Shown here: positions 17,145 to 27,204 of the stretch, in pieces | Layout: every line of letters starts with the position of its first letter | How positions within the stretch are numbered: position 1 is the stretch's first letter | Source: an uncultured Candidatus Saccharibacteria bacterium | Lineage (GTDB): Bacteria; Patescibacteriota; Minisyncoccia; Phycocordibacterales; PALSA-1337 | Direction: 5' to 3' | DNA: 40,578 bases | NCBI GenBank assembly: GCA_964555555.1 | Contig: CAZKSQ010000001.1 | Coordinates: 1 to 40,578, forward strand | The notes under the pieces: generated by a model | What the model was told of the DNA's origin: nothing | The model's input: only the letters and a program-made list of their open reading frames with translations | Database searches by the model: none | Made by a program: the position numbers and the translations under genes

Positions 17145-18410
17145 ATGAAAAATTTGCAAAAAGGTTTTATTGTCCCATTATTAATTGGCATTATAATTAT
17201 AGTGGTATTACTGATTAGTGGTGGCGCTTATATTTATCAGATTAAGAAAACGGTACAGTCAGAATCTCAAAATACCCAAACACAAATATCGAATCATACG
17301 ATGACGATTAGCGATATAAATATCAGCACAAAAGCAGATATTAAATCAGCATCACCAAAAACTGTTGTGGTCAATCAGGAACTTAGTGTTACTGGTATGG
17401 AAAAATATACTGATTCAGTATTCGGCTACTCCTTTTGGTATCCGTCTTCTTGGGTAGTCAATGAAAATACCAATGTAAATTTAGGAAATATCTACACAGA
17501 TGGTGTCATAACAAAAGAAACAACGATTGCTTCACCGCGATATCCTCGTGATGGCATAGCAATAGATGAGTTCTATTCAAACAACAAAAGCATTACTGAT
17601 AACTCAGTCTGTGGTCCTGCGGACGGATGCCCATCATCTGTACGTTATTACTTTGACAGCAATGCACATACTTGGATGAAAGATTCAAATATGGGCTATG
17701 GACAAGGTCAGTATTCGCTATCCAACATTATGACTGTCGCAACAAACGTATCTACTAATTCTATGGGCGGTCTTCATATTCTTAATGGCAATGCTCGATT
17801 CGGTGATGATGTAATTGTCCCATTGAGTGCCAGCAATTTTCTCATTGTCAGAAATATGAGTGCTGGAACAAATAAGGTCTTTTATCTGGCCAACACGATT
17901 GTTGCTCTTGATCCGGCTGTTGCTACACCACTATCACTATCGCATCAAATTGATGCCATTAGAGCCGAGAAGAATGAGTACAATTTCTCTGCGACTTCTT
18001 GGTCGACGTATAATTTCGGTAATAATAAAATTGATTATCCGAGTGACCTCACTATTCAAAATAGTCCAGGAGGTTGGAATGGAGATTCACCGATCTTCTC
18101 ATTCCCAAGTTCTTACCTTGTCGGATCCAATCTATATGAAGCCAAAATTAATATTATGAGCAGTGTTGGAAATGATCCACCGACAGGAACACAGGTTAAT
18201 ATCAACGGCACAAATTGGACAATGAGTGATTTGCAGAGTTGCAGCGATAGAACGGGTAATTGCAATCGGGTCATAATTTACGGAATATATGGGGCTGGAA
18301 ATACATCGTGGAATTTAAGTCTAATGGCTTCGGATAAGAATAGTCTGAATAGTTTGGCTGCTCAAAATATAATATCAATCTTTACGAAGATGGTCGGTAC
18401 TTATATATAA
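17145..18410 (+). CDS. Hypothetical membrane-anchored/secreted protein
   Basis: ATG at 17145 gives MKNLQKGFIVPLLIGIIIIVVLLISGGAYIY, a signal anchor. The extracytoplasmic part is about 390 aa and Asn/Ser/Thr-rich. No recognised motif. Confidence 0.65.
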   Translation: MKNLQKGFIVPLLIGIIIIVVLLISGGAYIYQIKKTVQSESQNTQTQISNHTMTISDINISTKADIKSASPKTVVVNQELSVTGMEKYTDSVFGYSFWYPSSWVVNENTNVNLGNIYTDGVITKETTIASPRYPRDGIAIDEFYSNNKSITDNSVCGPADGCPSSVRYYFDSNAHTWMKDSNMGYGQGQYSLSNIMTVATNVSTNSMGGLHILNGNARFGDDVIVPLSASNFLIVRNMSAGTNKVFYLANTIVALDPAVATPLSLSHQIDAIRAEKNEYNFSATSWSTYNFGNNKIDYPSDLTIQNSPGGWNGDSPIFSFPSSYLVGSNLYEAKINIMSSVGNDPPTGTQVNINGTNWTMSDLQSCSDRTGNCNRVIIYGIYGAGNTSWNLSLMASDKNSLNSLAAQNIISIFTKMVGTYI

Positions 18411-18465
18411 ATGAGTTAAATATAGATGATAGGTTTGTTTCAGAATTAATATAGGTATAACTAAT

Positions 18466-21400
18466 ATGCTTTTACTAAAATCGAGAAAATATATTGGTAT
18501 ATTAACTCCATTCGTAATCGTTTTATTTTTTGTATTTATCTTTGCAAATTCAGTTCTGTCTGCATCGGGCACCACAGTAAATTTGAGTTCGGATATTGAT
18601 ATCTCTAGATCGGGATTAATATCATCGGTTCCTATAAAACAACTAAATTCGAGTGATAATCCAAAGAATGCATCATCAGCCATCGTTCTAAACCGATATA
18701 TTGTCGAACTTTCAGAACAGCCGGTTTCAGTGACTTATGCCGAAATAGAATCGACAAGACCTGCTCCCAGACCTTCTCCCGGACCAAGATCGATGTCAAT
18801 TGATCAAGATACACAGGACGCATTAAATAATCAAAAATCAAAAGTCATCAATCAACAAAAGTCGTTCTTTGCGAATTTACCTTTGTCTGTTAAGAATAAA
18901 AACTCTGCTGTCATTTCTTCTATATCTTCTGGGGACGGACTGAAATCATTTGATTCAGTGATTAACGCAGTTGTTCTCAGTATGAGTTCATCCGAAGCAG
19001 GTGTGGTCAAAAGACTTGCTTCGGTCAAAAATATCGAGCCAGTAAAATCTGTTCAAACAGACTTGATGGATTCAGTTCCTCTAATACATGCTCCTGATGT
19101 TTGGGGTGGAAATTACTCGGGGGGATCTAGTGACGATCCGATAGCAGGTAAAGGCATAAGAATTGCTATTATCGATACTGGTGTGGACTATAAACATCCT
19201 GATCTCGGTGGTTGTTTGGGACCGGACTGTAAGGTGTTTGGGGGTTACGATTTTGTAAATAAAGATAATGATCCGATGGATGATATGGGTCATGGCACGC
19301 ATGTTGCCGACATCTCAGCTGGTAATGGAACTCCGAAGGGCGTAGCTCCGGATGCAACGATTTATGCTTATAAGGTTTTGGATAAAAATGGACGTGGCAC
19401 GACAGACAATATCCTTGCCGGTATAGAAAGGACAATAGATCCGAACCAAGACGGTAATCTTTCGGAACATCTTGATGTGGCTAATATGAGCCTCGGTGGA
19501 TCAGGCGATCCAGACGATTTAATGTCGCAGGCAGTTGACAATGCTGTAAAAGCCGGAGTTGTCTTCGTGGTTGCGGCAGGAAATGCTGGGCCGAGTGCGA
19601 GCACAGTTCTGTCTCCTGGAACTGCAAGAAATGCAATTACAGTGGCAGCAACTGACAAGCATGACGTCATGGCTTCTTTCAGCTCAAGGGGTCCGGTCGT
19701 ATGGACAAGAAATGATGGTACAACTGGTTATTTAGATAAGCCAGATGTTGCCGCTCCAGGCGTAGATATTTGTGCAGCAAGATTGGATACATTTTCTGGA
19801 GGAAATACAAACTGTAACAATGATTCAAATCATATCGCTATATCTGGTACCTCTATGGCAACTCCACATGTCGCAGGGGAGGTTGCACTTTTATTACAAA
19901 TACATCCAGATTGGTCTCCAGCAGAAGTTAAGGCAGCTGTGAAAAATTCTACTGTTAATCAATCTTCTTGTTTGATCGGTTCCGTATTATGTAGCTCTAA
20001 TAAATATAACAAGTATGATGCAGGGACGGGAAGAATAGATGCGAAAAAACTTGCAGAATCATCAAGGCTTCCAATAGCTCAAATTGATCCCGCGGGTGAT
20101 GTCCGTGGAGTTATAAATTTCACAGGCTCTGCTTATTCTCAGAGGAGTAATATCAAATATTCATTGTCATATGGAATAGGTGACAATCCAAATTCTTTTA
20201 CAGACATAACATCGACAGATCAGCCTGTAAAAAATAATGTTTTATATGCGAATTTCGATACAACAAGTTTAAGTGACGGAAAATATACTGTTCGACTCAC
20301 TGTAACCGATGATGACGGTAATATAAGTGAAGATAGTCAGGTAATGGAAGTAAATGATGCTGAAATTACTTCTGTGGGAAATAATTTAAATTATGTGAAT
20401 GGGGGTACCTATCAAATTCATGGCAAGATTTGGCTAAGAGGCGTATCGAGCTTAAAGGTTTATGCGGATTCTACAAACGGTCCCGCCCTATGTTCAGTAG
20501 ATTATACTCAGAGTGACAGTTTGTGCTCCGCTGGTTTCGGAAACTTATCAGACGGTATTCATCAGCTTTTTCTAAGTGTTCAGATGCCTGGTGGAAGCTG
20601 GAAAACAGGTTTAGGTTTTAAGATCGCCGTTGTAAAAGAAATGTTGGACGGCTGGCCTAAAGAAATCAATTCATTGCCACGAGGTACGCAGTCTACTATA
20701 CAATTTTCTGATAATGAAAATCCCACATTAGTTGTTCCGACATGGGGAGATTGTGTAGTTGATACCTCACAGTGCGGAATGCCAGGACTAAATTTATATC
20801 AAAGCAATGGTTCTTTCAGTCAGTTCAAACTTAGCGACGGATCACAAATGCCGTTTACCCCTGGTGACAATCTAGCCTTACTTAAAAATGATTCTGGAAA
20901 AAAGTATTTAGTAATGCTTAATGATTGCTCATCTCCAAATCCCCCTGAAAATTGGAATTGTGGTCCGATGATAAATAGAGTTGTTGATAAGAGTGGAAAT
21001 ATTTTAGGTTCATGGTTTGAATCGGGGTCGATTACGACGCAACCACCCGCAACAGTTATTGATAATAATGGTAAACCCGAAATCTACACACTAGGTTTGG
21101 ATCTATTCTCTAAAAAGATATGGATAACTGGCCACGATAGTAAGGGAGAAGCCTTAAATAATTTTCCTATAGTATTGCCGCAAGGGGATGGACCTGAAAT
21201 TATGTTTTCAACACACATAGGTCTGTTGAAAAATGGATATCAAAGTACTCTTGCGGCAATAGCGGGGAATTTTACAAATGATTCTGGATATATGAAAGAT
21301 TTCAAGGTGTATTTCTACTTATATTCCAAAGACGGACAGTTGATATCAAAGACTAATTTATTTGATGGCACAGGAAGATCATCTTTTCAACCAACTATAC

Positions 21401-23766
21401 CGTCATTCGCCTCCGCAGATTTTTACGGAGATGGGCGAACTGAGGCCGTCGTCGGGTTAAGTGTCTGGGACAAAGATACAAGTACCGATACGGCTCATCT
21501 TTACATTATTGACGCAACTGGAAAAATCTTATCATCGGCATCATTTGATAACTATGATCCGGCCCGTTTCGCAATCGGCAATCTTATGGGTAGCAAGCCT
21601 AACATTGTTGTTGCGGCTCAGGGTGCATATGTAAAGAGCTTGAATAGTGCCGTACCAGACAAAATACTTGTTTTTGATGAATCGTTAAATAAATTGTTAG
21701 AAATAAGTGAACAATCATATAATAACGATAATCTAATACAAGGTGTATCCGTTGGTGACGTCGATAATGACGGTAAGTCAGATATTGTTTTAGATTACAG
21801 ACCACGTTGGTACAACGGGTCAAATTTCGGTGTTCAAATTTTTGACAATAAAGGTGGTCTAAAACAGGAAATTAAAATACCAACTATGGGAACGGTTGAC
21901 GATCTATGGGGAAGTCCGGCAATCATTGATGATTTTAATGGTGATGGAAATACAGATATTATTTTACAATCTCTGTATTTGAAAAATGGTTCTGAACCAA
22001 TAACTGAGTGGAAAACGCGTCTATACGTTTTGGATTTAGGTACCAAGCTTAATACGTCAAAAATAGATTGGAAAACTGTTCTACATGATGACCAACATAC
22101 AGGATGTTTTAATTGCACGACATCCGCTTCGACGACGCAAGGCTTAGCTTCAACAAGTCCAGTAATAACTAATGTTGCTGATACTGCTTCAAAATGTGGT
22201 GATTTGATTACTATTAAGGGGGCTGCGTTTAGTTCTTATAATAATTCTGTGATATTGACCGAGGTTCCAAATGCCTCATCTACGCAGTATCTTGTTAAGA
22301 CATTTCCCTCAGTTTCGTCTCAAAGTAAAAATTCGACTATAAGCATAGTGTCTTCTCGGAATGGGAATATAAAGTCTGGAGATTATACGATTATTGTAGT
22401 AAACAATGATCTAGAAAAAACAAATAATATCAGTAATTCTCTTCCGGTAACGATTACAAATGTCGTTGGGTCCGCTAATTGTCCGTCTCCGACACCATCG
22501 TCTTCACCCGGTATATCGATAACATTAAAATATATTTCTATATCTCCCGAAAAAGCGGCTCAGCCGAAAATCAGGTCGACTAGCATCCTAAATCAGATTG
22601 TGGATGGGGTAGTTAACGCTATTGGTAATACTGTAAATACAATTGTAAATAATTTGACTGGACAAAATTCTTATACGAGTTCGTCTGCAACGCCGACTCC
22701 GACTCAAAGATCGAGTTCCAGTACCTCTCCAAGTCCGACCTCTCAATCACCAACTGGTGCAAGGTTACCATCACCATCCAGTTCGTCGACTGTATTACCT
22801 ACCGCATCACCATCAACCTATTCTAAAAATTATTCTACACAGTCTTCTGTATCACCTAATCCGAGTAAATCGGCTTCACCAACCCCAACCAAGTCTGCAA
22901 GTCCAACACCTGCTCAAAGTCCAACTCCGGCACCTACAAAATCTTCTTCACCTACACCTAGCCCTAGTTCTACTAGTTATTCGACGCCGACTCCTACAGG
23001 GACATCCTCACCAACCCCAACTCGTTCGGCAACTCCAACTCCCACTCCAAGCTCATCATCCACGGTAACCCCAACACCTACAGCGACCTTTTCAACTACG
23101 CCTGCCCCAACATCAACGGTAACCCCAACCCCTACACCAAAATCATCTTCTACTCCAAGTCCAACCCCAATTTCCACCCCAACTCCGACACAATCGAATA
23201 CTCCGAGTCAGACCCAAACGCCATCTTCAAGCCCTACCCCCACCGCAACCCCTACACCCCCAGTTCAATCATCTACACCAACTCCGACTCCAACTAGTAC
23301 TTATGTGCCTTCTCCCACAGCTTTACTTACGGTGAATGGTGCACATAATGTCACCTTGAATGTCAGTGATCCAATAAATTACTATTGGAATGGCACAAAC
23401 GGCACATCCTATTCATCTACTTACACCTCAAATATCGCTTGGAAATGTGGCTCTGGGGGATCGTGGATCGCAAATACCTTGAACGGTAATTCAAATTCTA
23501 CCGTGCCGAGCGCTGCTGCTGGTTGTTATTGGACAGCAACATATACTGTGTATAACAGCTCAACCGGAAGATCGGCTTCAGATTACATCACGATTAACAT
23601 AAATCCCTTACCAACAACGTCCCCCACTCCTTCTTCATCGAGTTCGCCGTCTCCATCATCGTCGCCAAATGCATATAGAAATTCAAACTACGATCTGAGT
23701 ACAATATTATTGTCTCTTTTCCAGCCGTGGGCTAATTTAGCAAACGTGATTGGTAATTTGAAATAA
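18466..23766 (+). CDS. Giant secreted S8 subtilisin-like serine protease with FG-GAP/VCBS-like repeats, P/T/S linker, Cys domain and C-terminal tail
   Basis: Catalytic triad contexts are IAIIDTGVD (Asp codon 19174-19176), HGTHVA (His 19291-19293) and SGTSMATPHVAG (Ser 19852-19854). It carries an N-terminal signal anchor. FG-GAP-like repeats include ADFYGDGRTEAVVG, VGDVDNDGKSDIVLD and IDDFNGDGNTDIILQ. The P/T/S linker is about 210 aa. Confidence 0.9.
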   Translation: MLLLKSRKYIGILTPFVIVLFFVFIFANSVLSASGTTVNLSSDIDISRSGLISSVPIKQLNSSDNPKNASSAIVLNRYIVELSEQPVSVTYAEIESTRPAPRPSPGPRSMSIDQDTQDALNNQKSKVINQQKSFFANLPLSVKNKNSAVISSISSGDGLKSFDSVINAVVLSMSSSEAGVVKRLASVKNIEPVKSVQTDLMDSVPLIHAPDVWGGNYSGGSSDDPIAGKGIRIAIIDTGVDYKHPDLGGCLGPDCKVFGGYDFVNKDNDPMDDMGHGTHVADISAGNGTPKGVAPDATIYAYKVLDKNGRGTTDNILAGIERTIDPNQDGNLSEHLDVANMSLGGSGDPDDLMSQAVDNAVKAGVVFVVAAGNAGPSASTVLSPGTARNAITVAATDKHDVMASFSSRGPVVWTRNDGTTGYLDKPDVAAPGVDICAARLDTFSGGNTNCNNDSNHIAISGTSMATPHVAGEVALLLQIHPDWSPAEVKAAVKNSTVNQSSCLIGSVLCSSNKYNKYDAGTGRIDAKKLAESSRLPIAQIDPAGDVRGVINFTGSAYSQRSNIKYSLSYGIGDNPNSFTDITSTDQPVKNNVLYANFDTTSLSDGKYTVRLTVTDDDGNISEDSQVMEVNDAEITSVGNNLNYVNGGTYQIHGKIWLRGVSSLKVYADSTNGPALCSVDYTQSDSLCSAGFGNLSDGIHQLFLSVQMPGGSWKTGLGFKIAVVKEMLDGWPKEINSLPRGTQSTIQFSDNENPTLVVPTWGDCVVDTSQCGMPGLNLYQSNGSFSQFKLSDGSQMPFTPGDNLALLKNDSGKKYLVMLNDCSSPNPPENWNCGPMINRVVDKSGNILGSWFESGSITTQPPATVIDNNGKPEIYTLGLDLFSKKIWITGHDSKGEALNNFPIVLPQGDGPEIMFSTHIGLLKNGYQSTLAAIAGNFTNDSGYMKDFKVYFYLYSKDGQLISKTNLFDGTGRSSFQPTIPSFASADFYGDGRTEAVVGLSVWDKDTSTDTAHLYIIDATGKILSSASFDNYDPARFAIGNLMGSKPNIVVAAQGAYVKSLNSAVPDKILVFDESLNKLLEISEQSYNNDNLIQGVSVGDVDNDGKSDIVLDYRPRWYNGSNFGVQIFDNKGGLKQEIKIPTMGTVDDLWGSPAIIDDFNGDGNTDIILQSLYLKNGSEPITEWKTRLYVLDLGTKLNTSKIDWKTVLHDDQHTGCFNCTTSASTTQGLASTSPVITNVADTASKCGDLITIKGAAFSSYNNSVILTEVPNASSTQYLVKTFPSVSSQSKNSTISIVSSRNGNIKSGDYTIIVVNNDLEKTNNISNSLPVTITNVVGSANCPSPTPSSSPGISITLKYISISPEKAAQPKIRSTSILNQIVDGVVNAIGNTVNTIVNNLTGQNSYTSSSATPTPTQRSSSSTSPSPTSQSPTGARLPSPSSSSTVLPTASPSTYSKNYSTQSSVSPNPSKSASPTPTKSASPTPAQSPTPAPTKSSSPTPSPSSTSYSTPTPTGTSSPTPTRSATPTPTPSSSSTVTPTPTATFSTTPAPTSTVTPTPTPKSSSTPSPTPISTPTPTQSNTPSQTQTPSSSPTPTATPTPPVQSSTPTPTPTSTYVPSPTALLTVNGAHNVTLNVSDPINYYWNGTNGTSYSSTYTSNIAWKCGSGGSWIANTLNGNSNSTVPSAAAGCYWTATYTVYNSSTGRSASDYITININPLPTTSPTPSSSSSPSPSSSPNAYRNSNYDLSTILLSLFQPWANLANVIGNLK
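22681..23320 (+). repeat. Low-complexity Pro/Thr/Ser-rich linker-coding region (subtilase)
   Basis: Translates to SSSATPTPTQRSSSSTSPSPTSQSPT...TPTPTPTSTYVPSPTA. It shares blocks of about 55 nt of near-identity with 26040-26095. Confidence 0.75.
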
Positions 23767-23897
23767 TTCTTTATAATAAACACTTTCTTTAATGAATTGT
23801 AAAATCAATTTCCACTTCCATATATTGTTACCCAAATGTTTTATACGCGACAAAATAATGTTAAAATTGTAGCAGGCTTCTTTAAATCGATAATGTT

Positions 23898-26381
23898 ATG
23901 ACTTACAAGATTCGCAAATTATATGTAGTATTTATTCTTTTATTTTTCTTTTTAAAAGTTCCCATAGTATCTGCCCAGTATGTTAATCAGCGCTATTGTC
24001 ACTCTCCAAACGATACAAGAATTTTTACAGGTATCGCCTATAATGAAAGCGGTACCCCACAGATCACAATTGGTGTCGATCCAACCTTTAAGAAAGCTAT
24101 GGAAGGTGAACAAAAAATAGCTAGCTTGTCTATATCAGTTACACCTATATATGATCTAGTGGTTACCGTCATACCGACTTACAATCACTACTGTCTCCCA
24201 ATATGGGATTCGCATGGAATGCAAATCGCACCAGAAAATCTACCAGACTCATTGCCATTCAGTGCCGACATTGTACTTTCGGGCGGTCAAAAGAAAGACG
24301 AGACAATTACCTCTGGATCGTTTGAAAATGGTCACAAAAATGAAGATGGTGCATGGGAATATGACTGGAAAATAAAAGGTTGGCCAGACGGTATTACTTC
24401 GGGTTCAAAAATGGAAGATTTGATTGACGCTCTCCAAAATGGAACTCGCCAAATTAAGATTATAGTCCATGTTCCAGAAATAGATGGTACATTTACTGAC
24501 TCTGAATCAGATGTGAATATGAGTTTGTGCGCACCAGTTTACGGATCGGGCGAATTTAAAGTAGTCACCATGAGGGGAAAGAGTGCAAATGAGTCGTTAA
24601 GCAATTTAATTTTATTCGGTTATAGCACAGTCAAATCAGGATTTGAAGAGATTCAACCATTTGCTAAATACAGTTCTCATTTCTCGCAATACATAGATTT
24701 AGGAAATTATGATGATTATCAATATGGAACTCGACAGGTAAATGTATTTGACGGTAAATCTCCTCACACTTATTACATTAATCCGTATATACCCGAAATG
24801 ACGAGCGCTTGTCCAAGCTCACGTTTGTATTATTTTTTGAATAATAGGAGCTATTTTGCCTATACACAAGCAAATAGTAAAGATATATTTATAAACCCCA
24901 AAGAAGTAGACAGTGCCACTGTGATGCATGAAGCAGGACACGCATTTGCTGGATTGGAGGACGAATACATAGTAACGGATAACATCAGCGATCTTACGGC
25001 TTCAACTATACTATCAAGATTTGGTGAAAACTGTACTCTGAGTCCACCTGAGGCATATACATACAATAAAAAATACTATGGCAACCAACACAAACTCGGT
25101 TGTTTTACGTACGCGAATCAAAAGTATTCTGTCTTCAGACCATCCAACAACAGTATTATGAATACAGGCAATAAATTTAACATGATTTCTTGCGCTTACG
25201 TAATATCGGCTATTCTGGGTGATTCAACATCTAAATTGCATCTTCCAGAATGTTTTAAACTTGATGGTTTGGAAGATTCTGGAAAGTATTATGATCCCAG
25301 TCAGGCCTTAAATTATTATCTGCCTTTCGTTTTAAATAAAGCTGAATATGACCCAAATATCGCTGCTGTAGGCGTTTCTGGTCAAGAATATAATTCTGAG
25401 AACATATTCTGGTTAGTTGATAATTTTGATTCAAAAAATCGGTCAGGTGCAATCATGGAAGTTAATACAGGCGGCAGACTCGTTAATTCTTTTAAGCCTA
25501 AACCTTCAAATTCACCGTCACCCATTCAAAATGATTCCTCATTGCGCTCACTAACAGATACATCCACAGGAAAAGATACTTCCAGTAAGAGTGTCCTACT
25601 GAAATCTATTGGCATCATGATTTCAGGCACAGAAGAAGTCTTTTCAAACATGGTTAGGATAGTCAGTGCGGTGTTTACTGGGAATCAGACATCACCTGTT
25701 TTAAAATCAGATTCTAACAATTCACCGAACTCAGCGATTTCTCCCAGTCATAGTCCCACTCGGTCTATATCAGTAAGTCCAGCTTACTCAAGTGCGCCTA
25801 GTCCATCTTCAGCACAGACCAAAAGTCCCGGCTCTTTACCTACTACTTATTCAAACCTCTTACCTAGATCTTCCCCTACTCAGAGCTCGAGTCCTACTCC
25901 AATTGGTTCATATCAGTCCGTAAGTCCCACACCAAGCACTTCTCCTGGTCCTACACATAACCCAACATCCACGTATTCATCTTCACCATCTTCTAGCCCT
26001 TCAACAACCCCAACACTTTTGGCAACCCCAACCCCAACACCAAGCTCCTCATCCACAGTAACCCCAACGCCTACAGCAACCTTTTCAGCTACGCCAACAC
26101 CTTCACCTAAATCGTCGTCCACCCCCACTCCAGCACCAACACAGTCTACTACCCCGAGTCCGACACCATATTCAAGCTTTAGCCCCACACCAACCCCTAC
26201 ACATCCAATTCAATCATCCACACCAACCCCCACTCCTTCTTCATCGAGTTCGCCATCCCCGTCATCATCGCCAAGTGCTTTTAATACAAATCCAAATCAA
26301 TCGGTACTAGGCTTAATGGTTTCATCATTCATCAGTCCATGGATGAATATGGCCAGTGCATTTATGAGTATAATAAAATGA
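23898..26381 (+). CDS. Secreted M64-like zinc metallopeptidase with P/T/S linker and C-terminal tail
   Basis: Signal peptide (LYVVFILLFFFLKVPIVSA|Q). HEAGHAFAGLEDEY (HExxH at 24927-24941) matches the HExxH...L.DEY signature I recall for peptidase family M64. The C-terminal 220 aa are P/T/S-rich. Confidence 0.7.
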   Translation: MTYKIRKLYVVFILLFFFLKVPIVSAQYVNQRYCHSPNDTRIFTGIAYNESGTPQITIGVDPTFKKAMEGEQKIASLSISVTPIYDLVVTVIPTYNHYCLPIWDSHGMQIAPENLPDSLPFSADIVLSGGQKKDETITSGSFENGHKNEDGAWEYDWKIKGWPDGITSGSKMEDLIDALQNGTRQIKIIVHVPEIDGTFTDSESDVNMSLCAPVYGSGEFKVVTMRGKSANESLSNLILFGYSTVKSGFEEIQPFAKYSSHFSQYIDLGNYDDYQYGTRQVNVFDGKSPHTYYINPYIPEMTSACPSSRLYYFLNNRSYFAYTQANSKDIFINPKEVDSATVMHEAGHAFAGLEDEYIVTDNISDLTASTILSRFGENCTLSPPEAYTYNKKYYGNQHKLGCFTYANQKYSVFRPSNNSIMNTGNKFNMISCAYVISAILGDSTSKLHLPECFKLDGLEDSGKYYDPSQALNYYLPFVLNKAEYDPNIAAVGVSGQEYNSENIFWLVDNFDSKNRSGAIMEVNTGGRLVNSFKPKPSNSPSPIQNDSSLRSLTDTSTGKDTSSKSVLLKSIGIMISGTEEVFSNMVRIVSAVFTGNQTSPVLKSDSNNSPNSAISPSHSPTRSISVSPAYSSAPSPSSAQTKSPGSLPTTYSNLLPRSSPTQSSSPTPIGSYQSVSPTPSTSPGPTHNPTSTYSSSPSSSPSTTPTLLATPTPTPSSSSTVTPTPTATFSATPTPSPKSSSTPTPAPTQSTTPSPTPYSSFSPTPTPTHPIQSSTPTPTPSSSSSPSPSSSPSAFNTNPNQSVLGLMVSSFISPWMNMASAFMSIIK
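25719..26283 (+). repeat. Low-complexity Pro/Thr/Ser-rich linker-coding region (M64-like protein)
   Basis: Translates to NSPNSAISPSHSPTRS...TPTPTPSSSSSPSPSSSPSAF. Segments are near-identical at DNA level to the subtilase linker and tail. Confidence 0.75.
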
Positions 26382-27148
26382 AGATGAATTTTTCAAGCGT
26401 AAACTGGTCAAAATTTTTTTTGGTTCAACTATTTGCTTTTCTGATTGCGGGCTACGCCTTTGTATATAACATTTCTACATCTTTTCTATTTAATCAATAT
26501 ATTGATTCTGATGATTTATATTTTCTATTTGCACCTAGAGGTGTTGCCTGGCTCCATTATCCCTTTGTCACACTTATCGTTTTTATAATCATTTCCTTTT
26601 TATTATCTATGATAATAAATCGAGAAACAAGAAAAGCTGGTTATACTATCGGATGGTCGTTTACGGTATTGGGTCTCATGATTCTATTTCTCGTAAATAT
26701 GGGGGATCACTCTGATACTGCCCAGTTTGTCTTCTTTAGTATGGTCGGCCAGACTAGTGTTTTTGTTCTGTTACCTTTGCTTGTAGTACTGCCGATAGTA
26801 TTTTTTATCAGCGAAAAGTTGAAGGTAAATGAGATCGGAGTTGTTTTTGTTCTTGCCGTTATAGCACTGGCAATAAATATTGCATACATCAATACTTGCG
26901 GCTTTGGAAACAATGCAAAATGTGAATTACGGCAGCGGATTATCAAATTTGACGCCTCTGCATGTGAAGTTCCGGGATTGGCCACTTTTGAGAAAAATAA
27001 TTGCTATACCCTGATAGCAGCATATTCTGGAGATACAAACTTGTGCTCAAGTGTGGTTACATATGACAAACATAGCGGATTTACATGGCCAAAAGAGGAT
27101 TGTCTGAATAGAAAGAAATTTGATGACAGACTTCTTTACCATTTCTAG
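26378..27148 (+). CDS. Polytopic membrane protein with a Cys-rich C-terminal extracytoplasmic domain
   Basis: ATG at 26378 overlaps the upstream TGA (ATGA coupling). About 5-6 TM helices, then a tail of about 85 aa with 6 Cys. No recognised family. Confidence 0.65.
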   Translation: MKMNFSSVNWSKFFLVQLFAFLIAGYAFVYNISTSFLFNQYIDSDDLYFLFAPRGVAWLHYPFVTLIVFIIISFLLSMIINRETRKAGYTIGWSFTVLGLMILFLVNMGDHSDTAQFVFFSMVGQTSVFVLLPLLVVLPIVFFISEKLKVNEIGVVFVLAVIALAINIAYINTCGFGNNAKCELRQRIIKFDASACEVPGLATFEKNNCYTLIAAYSGDTNLCSSVVTYDKHSGFTWPKEDCLNRKKFDDRLLYHF

Positions 27149-27204
27149 TTTTCTTGTTTTACATCACCTCATTTGATAATGTACAAAAAGAAAGGAGATA
27201 CGAT

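Noticed and set aside
22681-26283. Possible CRISPR-like or tandem DNA repeat arrays in the periodic CCAAC/CCTAC-rich regions, and the alternative-frame ORFs there (22757..23068, 22977..23177, 25913..26188; likewise 9211..9579, 9198..9383)
   Set aside because: The periodicity comes from Pro/Thr/Ser codon repetition inside long, well-supported ORFs. There is no repeat-spacer organisation. The alternative-frame ORFs are low-complexity shadows.
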